Both the position numbers and the translations under genes were made by a program. This document shows, one piece after another, positions 26,580 through 34,309 of a stretch of 49,094 nt of DNA. Source of the stretch: Thermoplasmata archaeon. Lineage in GTDB: Archaea; Thermoplasmatota; Thermoplasmata; Lutacidiplasmatales; UBA184. A model generated the notes under the pieces. The model had not been told where the DNA came from, searched no databases, and saw only the letters and a program-made list of their open reading frames with translations. The first letter of the stretch is position 1. Every line of letters begins with the position of its first letter. The stretch is taken from assembly GCA_049800095.1 (NCBI GenBank), contig JBARJD010000139.1, positions 1 through 49,094 on the forward strand. The letters run 5' to 3'.

Positions 26580-27998
26580 CTATTCCGTAAGTATCTGGGC
26601 GGTCGCGCCGTGACTCTCCGGGGCCGCGTCGGCCGCGGCCACGGAAAGCGGCAAGGGCGACGGTTTCGCGTTCGGGGAGAACAGTTTCCGCATGTGGTCG
26701 ACCCGAGCCGCCACATCCTCTCTGCTTCCCACGTCGTGACGGACGGAGTAGGAACCCTTGACGAAAGCCAGCGCCGACTCGACCCGCCGATGCGCCTCGT
26801 GGATCGCACTCGACTCGCCGACGAGCGCGATGCCCCGGGAAGAGGTGAGCTTCACGCGGCCCGCCCCGGCGGCCTCGACGGCCCCGAAGTATAGACGAAC
26901 CCCCAGCTCCTCGATGGACGGCTCGTCGATATCGAGAATCGCTCCGGCCTGGGGCTGGCTGCCGTACCCGACCGGGACGACGTACTTGGCCACGGTCGCC
27001 CGGAGCCGAAATTGGACGTAGTCCGGATCCACCCGACCCGTCGCCACACCGAGCATCAACTCGGCGAAGTCGCCGGGCTCGTAGAGGGAGAGCACGTTCA
27101 GGCTCTCGGGATCGCCAAAGCGAGCGTTGAACTCGATGAGTTTGGGCCCCTCCGGGGTGAGCATGAACCCGCCGTAGAGAATGCCTCGGTACGCAAGTCC
27201 CTCCGCACGCAGGGCCGCTACAGACTGCTGAAGGATCTCGATGGCCTGGTCCCGCTGACCGGTCGACAGGAAAGGGAGTAAATGGTCGCGTTGGGAATAC
27301 GACCCCATGCCCCCCGTGTTGCCTCCTTTGTTGCCCTCCAATGCGCGTTTGTAATCCTGCACCGCGGGCATCGGGTAGATCCCCGAGTCCGTGACGAAGG
27401 CCATCTGGCTGAACTCCTCCCCTTCGAGCTTCTCTTCGATCACGAGTCCGTCCCGGCCCGATGGCGAGGCGAGTAAGCGCTCGGCGTACGCGACGCCCTC
27501 TTCGGAGGTCTGGAAGTCCGAGCCCTGCACCCAGACCCCTTTTCCGGCTGTGAGGCCGGAGGGCTTGATGACAAAGGGGCCCGGAAAGCTCGCGACCGCG
27601 CCCTTGAGCTCGGACAGGTCCGTGACCGACCGGAACCTCGGATTACCCGGGACGCCTCGCTTCGCGAGCAGTTCCCGACAGAATCGCTTGGACCATTCGA
27701 TCCGGGCAGCCGCTCGATCCGGGCCGACGACGGGCACCTCCGCGGCGCGGAGCGCGTCGGCGAGGCCATTGGCCAATGGGGCTTCTGGACCAATCACGGC
27801 CACCTGGACCCGGTGCTCGAGAGCGAACTCCACAACGGGGCTGGCATCGAAGAGGTCGGTGCGCAGGATCGTGGTAGACAGCCGCTCGATGCCGGGGTTC
27901 ACGTTAGGGGCTGCGGCGACGACTTCGGCCTCGGCCCGGTGGAGTTCGAGCGCAAGCGCGTGCTCTCGGCCCCCTCCTCCGACCACCAGGGCTCGCAC
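26580..27998 (-). CDS. purD: Phosphoribosylamine-glycine ligase
   Basis: MRALVVGGGGREHALA, an ATP-grasp core (VIKPSGLTAGKGV, EEFSQM...) and LIEFNARFGDPE. The C-terminus has an unconserved tail of about 40 aa. Confidence 0.9.
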   Translation of the reverse strand: MRALVVGGGGREHALALELHRAEAEVVAAAPNVNPGIERLSTTILRTDLFDASPVVEFALEHRVQVAVIGPEAPLANGLADALRAAEVPVVGPDRAAARIEWSKRFCRELLAKRGVPGNPRFRSVTDLSELKGAVASFPGPFVIKPSGLTAGKGVWVQGSDFQTSEEGVAYAERLLASPSGRDGLVIEEKLEGEEFSQMAFVTDSGIYPMPAVQDYKRALEGNKGGNTGGMGSYSQRDHLLPFLSTGQRDQAIEILQQSVAALRAEGLAYRGILYGGFMLTPEGPKLIEFNARFGDPESLNVLSLYEPGDFAELMLGVATGRVDPDYVQFRLRATVAKYVVPVGYGSQPQAGAILDIDEPSIEELGVRLYFGAVEAAGAGRVKLTSSRGIALVGESSAIHEAHRRVESALAFVKGSYSVRHDVGSREDVAARVDHMRKLFSPNAKPSPLPLSVAAADAAPESHGATAQILTE

Positions 27999-28110
27999 TT
28001 GGAACGCCTCGGTCGGGTTGGGACCGGGTTGGGGATATACGCTTGGCTCTGGGGCCGATGGAGGGTGCGCCCGGTGCCCGTTGGCGCAGTGTCTTCGCCG
28101 CCACGCTTAT

Positions 28111-28140
28111 GAACCGGACCTCTGTGGCCGCGTCCGGTTC
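28111..28140. promoter_or_regulatory. 9-bp inverted repeat with 12-nt spacer between a TATA-like box and the rpoL start
   Basis: GAACCGGAC-N12-GTCCGGTTC. The CTTATG box is at 28106-28111 and the rpoL ATG at 28146. Confidence 0.35.
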
Positions 28141-28145
28141 GACCG

Positions 28146-28433
28146 ATGGAGATCAAGGTCGTAGAGAAGGAGCACGATACGCTCCGGATCGAGCTCCCCA
28201 AAGGTGAGGAGACGCTCCTGATCCCGCTGGTCGAGGCCCTTCAAGCGGAGGAGAAGGTCGTCGAGGCCCGGTATTTCCTGGGACACCCCATCCTCGACCG
28301 CCCCACGCTCTATCTCAAGACCAAGGGCGAGAAACCCCAGCAGATTCTCAAGCGCGTCCTCAAGGAGCTCGCCGACGGCTACGGCGATACTCTGACGACC
28401 TTCGAGAAGAAGGCCGACAAGATCAAGGCCTAA
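28146..28433 (+). CDS. rpoL: DNA-directed RNA polymerase subunit L (Rpo11)
   Basis: 95 aa. MEIKVVEKEHDTLRIELPKGEETLLIPLVEAL...V..A.Y...HP......L.LKT is the typical RpoL pattern. Confidence 0.8.
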   Translation: MEIKVVEKEHDTLRIELPKGEETLLIPLVEALQAEEKVVEARYFLGHPILDRPTLYLKTKGEKPQQILKRVLKELADGYGDTLTTFEKKADKIKA

Positions 28434-28450
28434 TCCCCTCCCGCTCATCC

Positions 28451-29101
28451 ATGCTCAAGGAGTGCGAACAGCACGGCTACTTCCGGGGCGATACTTGCCC
28501 CGTCTGTGGTCAATCCGGTCGGTTCCTGATGGACGACCGCGAACTCGACCATCTGGGCCGGGTAGTCACCGGCGTCCTTCGCCACTTCCCCGAGAAATAC
28601 GGCCTCCAGATGGATCCCCACGGATGGATCGCGCTGCCCCAGCTGGTCCGGAACATCTCCAACCAGCACCGGGGGTACCGCTGGCTCCGGGTCCACCACA
28701 TCGTCGCAATCGCGGAGACCGACGCCAAGGGGCGTTACGAAGTCAAGGACGACCGCATCCGGGCCACCTACGGGCACACCTTGGATGTCGACCTCGACCT
28801 TCCAACGGACCACATTCCGGAACAGCTGTTCTTCCCGGTCACCCCCGAGGAGGCCACCATCGTGCTCGAGGTCGGGCTGAAGCCCTCCGACCGGAAGAAG
28901 GTCCATCTTTCGAAGACGGCCGCGGACGCGCGCTCGGCCGGTGCCGTCCGCACGCCGAACCCGGTCCTCCTTGCGGTGGACACCAAGAAGGCCCAGGACA
29001 GTGGCGTTGTGATCAAACGCGCAGGAAAGACCGTCTTCCTGGTCGATTCGGTGCCGGCGGAGTTCCTCTCGCGACTGCCCGACGTGCCGGTGGCCGAGTA
29101 G
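28451..29101 (+). CDS. kptA: RNA 2'-phosphotransferase (KptA/Tpt1) with an N-terminal zinc ribbon
   Basis: LGRVVTGVLRHFPEKYGL..D..GW, RYEV....IRATYGHT and HLS motifs, preceded by C.QHGYFRGDTCPVCG. Confidence 0.85.
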   Translation: MLKECEQHGYFRGDTCPVCGQSGRFLMDDRELDHLGRVVTGVLRHFPEKYGLQMDPHGWIALPQLVRNISNQHRGYRWLRVHHIVAIAETDAKGRYEVKDDRIRATYGHTLDVDLDLPTDHIPEQLFFPVTPEEATIVLEVGLKPSDRKKVHLSKTAADARSAGAVRTPNPVLLAVDTKKAQDSGVVIKRAGKTVFLVDSVPAEFLSRLPDVPVAE

Positions 29102-29109
29102 TTTTTCTT
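29102..29109 (+). terminator. Oligo-T tract (TTTTTCTT) immediately after the kptA stop
   Basis: Archaeal termination typically occurs at T-runs. This is one of very few T5 runs in this GC-rich window and starts 1 nt after the TAG. Confidence 0.45.
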
Positions 29110-29114
29110 CGCGG

Positions 29115-29732
29115 TTATCCGAGCACGACGTTCGTCTCGTACGTCGTCGCGACGTAGATCTTCTCGGTGAGGTTCGAGCCGAGTGGGTAGGGATTCTCGA
29201 AGACGAAGTAGTACTCGTCCGTGTAGGGCGCCGCGAAGACGATGCGGGCCGAGCTCACGTTGGTGTACGGCGTCACGGCGGCTTGCGCGCTCTGGTGGGA
29301 GTAGAATGCCGCGAACTCGGTCGAGTTGTAGATGGCCACCACGACATTCGCGGCGACCGGGGTCTCGACGCTGAAGTTACCGGTGATGTAGTCCTCCCCC
29401 GTGATGTTCCCGGCGAGGAGGCCCCACCCGCCGGGCGGGACCGTCAGAGTCCAGGCGCCGGTGAGGGAATCCGCATACGTGGTGGGGCCAGCGATCTCGG
29501 CCGCGATGATCGCGTATCCAATTGCGCCGACGATGCCCACCACGACCAGGATGCGGAGCCATCGGAGCATGACCGCACGACGATGGACGGGTCGGCTGCG
29601 GGCCTCCACCGCCCGCTGGGCCGGTGTTCCATATTCCTTGCCGCATGTGGGGCAGATCTTCGCGTCCGGCGGCACGGCGTCGCCGCAGAACGTGCAGCTG
29701 CCCCACTGGGTTTCCAGTACAGAGGTCGCCAT
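29115..29732 (-). CDS. Hypothetical membrane-anchored protein: zinc ribbon, one TM helix, and an ectodomain rich in N-X-S/T sequons
   Basis: CTFCG-x9-CPTCG, then the TM helix LRILVVVGIVGAIGYAIIAAEIA. The beta-rich domain of about 150 aa carries NIT, NFS, NST, NVS and NLT. The start is set at ATG 29732. Confidence 0.5.
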   Translation of the reverse strand: MATSVLETQWGSCTFCGDAVPPDAKICPTCGKEYGTPAQRAVEARSRPVHRRAVMLRWLRILVVVGIVGAIGYAIIAAEIAGPTTYADSLTGAWTLTVPPGGWGLLAGNITGEDYITGNFSVETPVAANVVVAIYNSTEFAAFYSHQSAQAAVTPYTNVSSARIVFAAPYTDEYYFVFENPYPLGSNLTEKIYVATTYETNVVLG

Positions 29733-29838
29733 CGTGGGCCTCGCAGGACCGGGACATCCCCCTTTTTCCCCACTTCGTACGACCAGGAAGACGCCACGGA
29801 GGCCTCGTCCACATGACAACGTTTCCCGCGGAGGCCGG

Positions 29839-29847
29839 TTATAAATA
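29839..29847 (+). promoter_or_regulatory. Strong TATA box (TTATAAATA) upstream of the Ehr-like operon
   Basis: This is the best TATA match in the window and lies 117 nt before ATG 29956. A GGAG Shine-Dalgarno at 29943-29946 sits 9 nt before the ATG. Confidence 0.5.
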
Positions 29848-29955
29848 GACGGGGCACTAACGAACTGCTGGCGGAGGCGTCCGCCTGCCGGGAGTCCCCC
29901 GGTAAACTGCCCTCAGGGCCAATGACGCCTGCTTCCCCGAAAGGAGTAGGCGAGC

Positions 29956-30915
29956 ATGACCCTCGAAACACAGGCCGTAAACGGTCTACAGCTTGCCACA
30001 GTACTACTTCTGTCCCCGTTGATTGCCGGGATCGCCGCTCGCGGCAAGGCGTGGACGGAATCTCGTAGAGGCCCCTCAATCCTCCAACCCTACTTCGACC
30101 TGGCCAAGTACCTTCGAAAGGAGACGCTCGTCCCGACCGGCGCCTCGCGCATCTTCATCGTCGCGCCCTTCGTATCGTTTGGAGCCTACTTCCTGATCTC
30201 GATCGTCATACCGATACTCACCCCGTACCCGCTCCCCTTCGCCCCGACCGTCGACTTCCTGGGTGGAGGGCTACTCTTCGGTTTGGCGGGCGTCGTGACC
30301 CTCCTCGCTGCCCTGGATTCTGGAAGTAACTACAGTGCCCTTGGGGCGAGTCGGACGGTGTCGTTCGCCGCCCTCGCGGAACCGACTCTGATCGTCGTAT
30401 TCTTCGCCGTGGCCGTGATCAGCGGTACCAATAGTCCCTACGTCGCGAACAACGTCGTGAGCGCCTCGCTAGTGGCCTACCTCTCACCGACCCATCTTCT
30501 CGCGACGGCGGCCTTCTTCCTTCTGCTGCTCTTCGAGACCGGAAAATTGCCGGTCGAGAGCGCCGGCCTCATGGAGTTCGGCATGCTCGAGGAGGGCCGC
30601 ATCTACGAGCACTCGGGCCGGCTACTCGGACTGTTCCGCTGGAACGGGTGGATGAAACAGTTCCTGCTCTACGCGTTGTTCCTCAACGTGTTTGCTGTCC
30701 CCTGGGGAATGGTGGCGGCCCCGACGCTCGTCGGAGCGGTCTACAACCTTGGGCTCCTCCTCGGGAAGCTTCTCGTTCTCGTAGGGGTCCTCGTGCTCGT
30801 CGAGGCCACCCTCGCTAAGGTCCGCCTGTTCAAGATCCGGGATTTCCTTGCCCTGTCCTTCGCGTTCGCAGTGTTGTCCGTCTTTCTGTTCGCCGTCCTG
30901 GGGGGGGTGCCTTAG
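29956..30915 (+). CDS. Ehr/Hyf-like complex membrane subunit, NuoH/HyfC/HycD family
   Basis: SRRGPSILQPYFDLAKYLRKE, LDSGSNYSALGASR and LPVE....EF.MLEEGRIYEHSG align with HyfC/NuoH signatures. The 319 aa compare with 315 aa in E. coli HyfC. Confidence 0.8.
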   Translation: MTLETQAVNGLQLATVLLLSPLIAGIAARGKAWTESRRGPSILQPYFDLAKYLRKETLVPTGASRIFIVAPFVSFGAYFLISIVIPILTPYPLPFAPTVDFLGGGLLFGLAGVVTLLAALDSGSNYSALGASRTVSFAALAEPTLIVVFFAVAVISGTNSPYVANNVVSASLVAYLSPTHLLATAAFFLLLLFETGKLPVESAGLMEFGMLEEGRIYEHSGRLLGLFRWNGWMKQFLLYALFLNVFAVPWGMVAAPTLVGAVYNLGLLLGKLLVLVGVLVLVEATLAKVRLFKIRDFLALSFAFAVLSVFLFAVLGGVP

Positions 30916-31563
30916 ATGGACCCCACCACCGAGGTCGTCCCATTGCTCGGCGTGGGCATCTTGCTCACGGCGCTCTATCTCCAGTCGGAATCGTTCGTCG
31001 ACCCGCTTGTCTGGGGAGTGGCACTGCAATCCGGGTTGATTGCCCTGCTCCTGGGGTGGCTTGCCTGGGCCGATCATAACGTCGACTTCGCCATCCTCGC
31101 CGTGTTGGCCGTCGGGATCCGGGTCTTCCTAATTCCCTACGTGCTGCGCCGGCAGATCCGCGCCTTCCGTTGGCGGGCGAGAGAGCTGCGCGCTTCGCAG
31201 CGTGTTACCGGCCACGTATTGGCCGCGGTGGCGTTAGCCATCATCGCTTGGTTCGTGTTCCAACAGACCCTCGCGCCGGCGTTCCCCGAGCTCGGAGGAG
31301 CCCTGCCCTTCGTTCTCCTGATCCAGGGGCTCCTGATGCTCGCAACACGGGCGAACACGATCGTGCAGGTGGTCGGCTATCTTGAGGAGGAGAACGCCAT
31401 CGTGTTCGCCGGCGCCCTCTTCGCTCGCGGCTTCCCGCTCTTCATCGAGGTCGTGATCTTCCTAGATGTCCTGGGCGTGGTCCTTGTCGGTGTGATTCTT
31501 TCGATCCAGCGGGACGTGACCGGTACCCCCGAGGAGAAGGTGCTGGAGGAGCTCACCGGATGA
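30916..31563 (+). CDS. Ehr/Hyf-like complex membrane subunit, HyfE family
   Basis: 215 aa, against 216 aa for HyfE. The C-terminal half IVQVVGYLEEENAIVFAGAL...FIEVVIFLDVLGVV matches the HyfE pattern GY.L.EN...L.L......IG...D. Confidence 0.7.
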   Translation: MDPTTEVVPLLGVGILLTALYLQSESFVDPLVWGVALQSGLIALLLGWLAWADHNVDFAILAVLAVGIRVFLIPYVLRRQIRAFRWRARELRASQRVTGHVLAAVALAIIAWFVFQQTLAPAFPELGGALPFVLLIQGLLMLATRANTIVQVVGYLEEENAIVFAGALFARGFPLFIEVVIFLDVLGVVLVGVILSIQRDVTGTPEEKVLEELTG

Positions 31564-32996
31564 TATTCACCGACCCTCGAGTGTGGATCTTCTTCGTCCT
31601 GGCCTCTCCCATGGCCGGGGCAATCCTCGCCCTGGTTCCATATCGCTCCGTGAGCCAGGCCGCGGCCCGCACTGCGTCGGTGGCGACCTTCGTCGCCGCC
31701 ACGGCACTCCTCGTGTTGGAGGCGCGAGGGGAGTGGGGGCCGGTCTTCGGCGTAGACCCGCTGAGCGACGTGTTCCTGTTTACCGTCGCGGCGATCTATG
31801 CCACGTCGGTGTGGTACTCGAGCGGCTATCTCCGATCGGTCAACAGCGCATACCTCTCGCCCCAGATCTACTACGCGTTGATGAGCGCTTTCGCCGTCGC
31901 GATGCTGTTCAGCCTACTGGTTACCGACCTCGGCCTGATGTGGATCGGAATCGAAGCGACGACGGTCGCGAGCGCGTTGCTCATCGTGCTCGAACGGAAA
32001 CCGGCGAGCGTCGAAGCCGCCTGGCGGTACACGCTCATCGCTTCGGCGGGGTTGACGATCGCCCTCTTCGCGCTGCTTCTCCTCTACGAGGCGACCGGCA
32101 CCCTGGACGCCGTCGCCCTCGCGGCGAACCACCCCGTCGCGACCCTCCTGGTACAGATGGCCGTCGCTCTCGCACTCGTAGGGTACGGCACCAAGATCGG
32201 TCTCTTTCCGATGCATACGTGGTTGCCGGACGCGCACTCGGAGGCGCCCTCTCCCGTATCCGCTCTTTTTTCGGGGGTGCTGCTTCCCACGGCGCTGTAC
32301 GCGTTCCTACGCGTCTACCAGGTGCTCCCGAGTCCGGCCCCCGCGGACCTCTCGAATCTCGTCCTCGTGGTTGGTCTGTTGACCGCCCTCGTGGCCGCCT
32401 TCCTGCTTCAGCGACAACGGTCGTTCAAACGACTCCTCGCCTATTCGAGCATGGAGGTCATGGGCCTCGCCATTGTCGGAGTGGCGCTCGGCGGGTACGC
32501 CTTGTACGGGGCCCTCGTTCTCTTGGTGGCGCACGCCTTCGCCAAGTCGGCGGCGTTCTATTGCGCGGGGAACGTGCTGCGGGGGACCGGTACGACACGG
32601 ATCGACTCCGTGCGGGATCTTCGGTCGCGGATGCCCTGGACGAGCGCCGCCTGGGTCCTCGCCGCGCCCGCGGCGACCGGTGCCCCCCCGTTCGGGACCT
32701 TTGTCGGGGAACTTCTCATCGTAGTCGGTGCAGTGGCGGTCGGCGCCGATTGGGTCGCCATCGTTGTCGTCGTGGCAATACTGGTGGCCTTCCTCGGCGT
32801 CAACGCGCAGATTGGCGGCATGGTGTTCGGGAAAGGGGATCGGGCCCCGGGCCCCATCACGCCCGGAGCTGAATCCGGCGTATCGTTCGCGTTCCTCAAC
32901 GTCGCCATGGCACTCGCCATCGGGGTCGTCAGCCTGCCCTATCTCTCCACCGCCATCCGAGCGGCCGCGCTTCTCCTGGGAGGGAGAATACCATGA
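31560..32996 (+). CDS. Ehr/Hyf-like complex antiporter-like subunit (HyfD/HyfF, NuoM/N family)
   Basis: 478 aa and about 14 TM helices. HTWLPDAHSEAPSPVSALFSGVLL is the hallmark of Mrp/NuoLMN-type proton-conducting subunits. Joined to hyfE-like by an ATGA overlap. Confidence 0.8.
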   Translation: MIFTDPRVWIFFVLASPMAGAILALVPYRSVSQAAARTASVATFVAATALLVLEARGEWGPVFGVDPLSDVFLFTVAAIYATSVWYSSGYLRSVNSAYLSPQIYYALMSAFAVAMLFSLLVTDLGLMWIGIEATTVASALLIVLERKPASVEAAWRYTLIASAGLTIALFALLLLYEATGTLDAVALAANHPVATLLVQMAVALALVGYGTKIGLFPMHTWLPDAHSEAPSPVSALFSGVLLPTALYAFLRVYQVLPSPAPADLSNLVLVVGLLTALVAAFLLQRQRSFKRLLAYSSMEVMGLAIVGVALGGYALYGALVLLVAHAFAKSAAFYCAGNVLRGTGTTRIDSVRDLRSRMPWTSAAWVLAAPAATGAPPFGTFVGELLIVVGAVAVGADWVAIVVVVAILVAFLGVNAQIGGMVFGKGDRAPGPITPGAESGVSFAFLNVAMALAIGVVSLPYLSTAIRAAALLLGGRIP

Positions 32997-34309
32997 CGGC
33001 GCTCGCCGCCGTGGGGACTACCGGGGAAAGCGGTGCGGGAATCCGCCTCCCGGCATACGCCGCCCCGGACGGCTCGTTCGTTCTCTGGAATGACTTGACG
33101 ACCGGGCGCTCTCGCCTCGTGGGATCGGCCTCGGAGCCGTTCCCTCCCGACTTGACGGCGGCTTGGGCGGTCCCGCGGGACGGCCCGAGACGCCGCTCCG
33201 TGGCTCCGGCCGAGGAGGTGGATGGGTACGGAGTGTTCACCTTCCCGTACGGCCCCATCACGATGGGGGTCGCGGAGTCGGGTCGGTTCGACGTTCGTAC
33301 TTACGGTGAACGCATCCTAGACGTAGCTCCGGTCGCCGGGTACAAGTCTCGACGCATCCTTCCCTCCTTGATCGGCCTATCGGTGGAAGATGCGGCGCTC
33401 CGCGTGGAGCGCGTGTCGGGCAACTTTTCAGCCGCGCACACCGCGGCGTTCCTCGCGGCGGCCGAAAGTGCGATCGCTCGTCCCATTGACGTAGAAGAAG
33501 CCTGGGTTCGGGCCGTCGCCCAGGAACTGCAACGGATCTACAACCACGTGCATGTGATCGCTCGGGTCGCCGAGGCCGCTTCTCAGAACGTCGGCCTCGC
33601 CCAGGCCCACGCCTTCGCGGAGGAGGTCCTGCGGCAGATCGGAGCGACCTTCGGCCATCGATGGCTCTTCGGAGCGTTCCTCCCCGGCGGACCCCGCGCG
33701 CATCTCGACACGGACGATCGCGCGCGTCTTGCCCGAACTCTCGACCGGAAGTCCATGGAGTTCGAGCAGCTTTGGACCTTGTTCCAGGATTCTCGGACGT
33801 TCGTTGACCGGATTCAGACGACGTGTCCCGTATCTCGCGACCAAGCCGTTCACTGGGGCGGCGTGGGTCCCACCCTCCGCGCCACCGGGGTACCGTGGGA
33901 CGACCGACTCCGGGCGCCGGTCGTGCCCTACACGGACCTCTTCCTCCCGCTCGCGACGGAGTCCGAAGGCGATGCGCTCGCCCGCGTGCTCGTCCGTGCC
34001 CAGGAAGTCCGGAGCAGCTACCTCCTGCTGGAGCAGCTCCTCGAGCGTTGGCCAAAATCCCCCGTCGATCCCGTTCCGCCGGCCGCGACCGTCGGCCCGA
34101 ATCGGGGTCTCGGTCGGGTCGAGGGTCCCAGTGGGGACATCGTCTACGACGTCTCGGTCGTAGCGGGTCGCGTCACGGCCGTCGGTCTCCGTAGCGCGAG
34201 TGACGCCAATTGGCCCCTGTTCGCTATCGGGATGCGGGACCAGGTCTTCACGGATTTCCACTTCGCGTGGGAGAGCTTCGGCCTCCAATTCGCCGAAACG
34301 GATCGGTGA
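32993..34309 (+). CDS. NiFe-hydrogenase large subunit / NuoD homologue lacking all metal-ligating cysteines
   Basis: It aligns to HycE/NuoD: GP.T.G..E.G.F...Y.GE.IL, GYKSR, ERVSGNFSAAH and a C-terminal FAETDR. The four NiFe cysteine positions are Ser, Phe, Gln and Glu. ATGA overlap upstream and GTGA overlap downstream. Confidence 0.8.
   Translation: MTALAAVGTTGESGAGIRLPAYAAPDGSFVLWNDLTTGRSRLVGSASEPFPPDLTAAWAVPRDGPRRRSVAPAEEVDGYGVFTFPYGPITMGVAESGRFDVRTYGERILDVAPVAGYKSRRILPSLIGLSVEDAALRVERVSGNFSAAHTAAFLAAAESAIARPIDVEEAWVRAVAQELQRIYNHVHVIARVAEAASQNVGLAQAHAFAEEVLRQIGATFGHRWLFGAFLPGGPRAHLDTDDRARLARTLDRKSMEFEQLWTLFQDSRTFVDRIQTTCPVSRDQAVHWGGVGPTLRATGVPWDDRLRAPVVPYTDLFLPLATESEGDALARVLVRAQEVRSSYLLLEQLLERWPKSPVDPVPPAATVGPNRGLGRVEGPSGDIVYDVSVVAGRVTAVGLRSASDANWPLFAIGMRDQVFTDFHFAWESFGLQFAETDR

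Noticed and set aside
32993-34309. The Cys-less large subunit as a decaying pseudogene.
   Set aside because: The 438-codon frame is uninterrupted. Third-position GC is like that of its neighbours. ATGA and GTGA couplings link it to the flanking subunit genes. Many non-ligand family motifs are retained.
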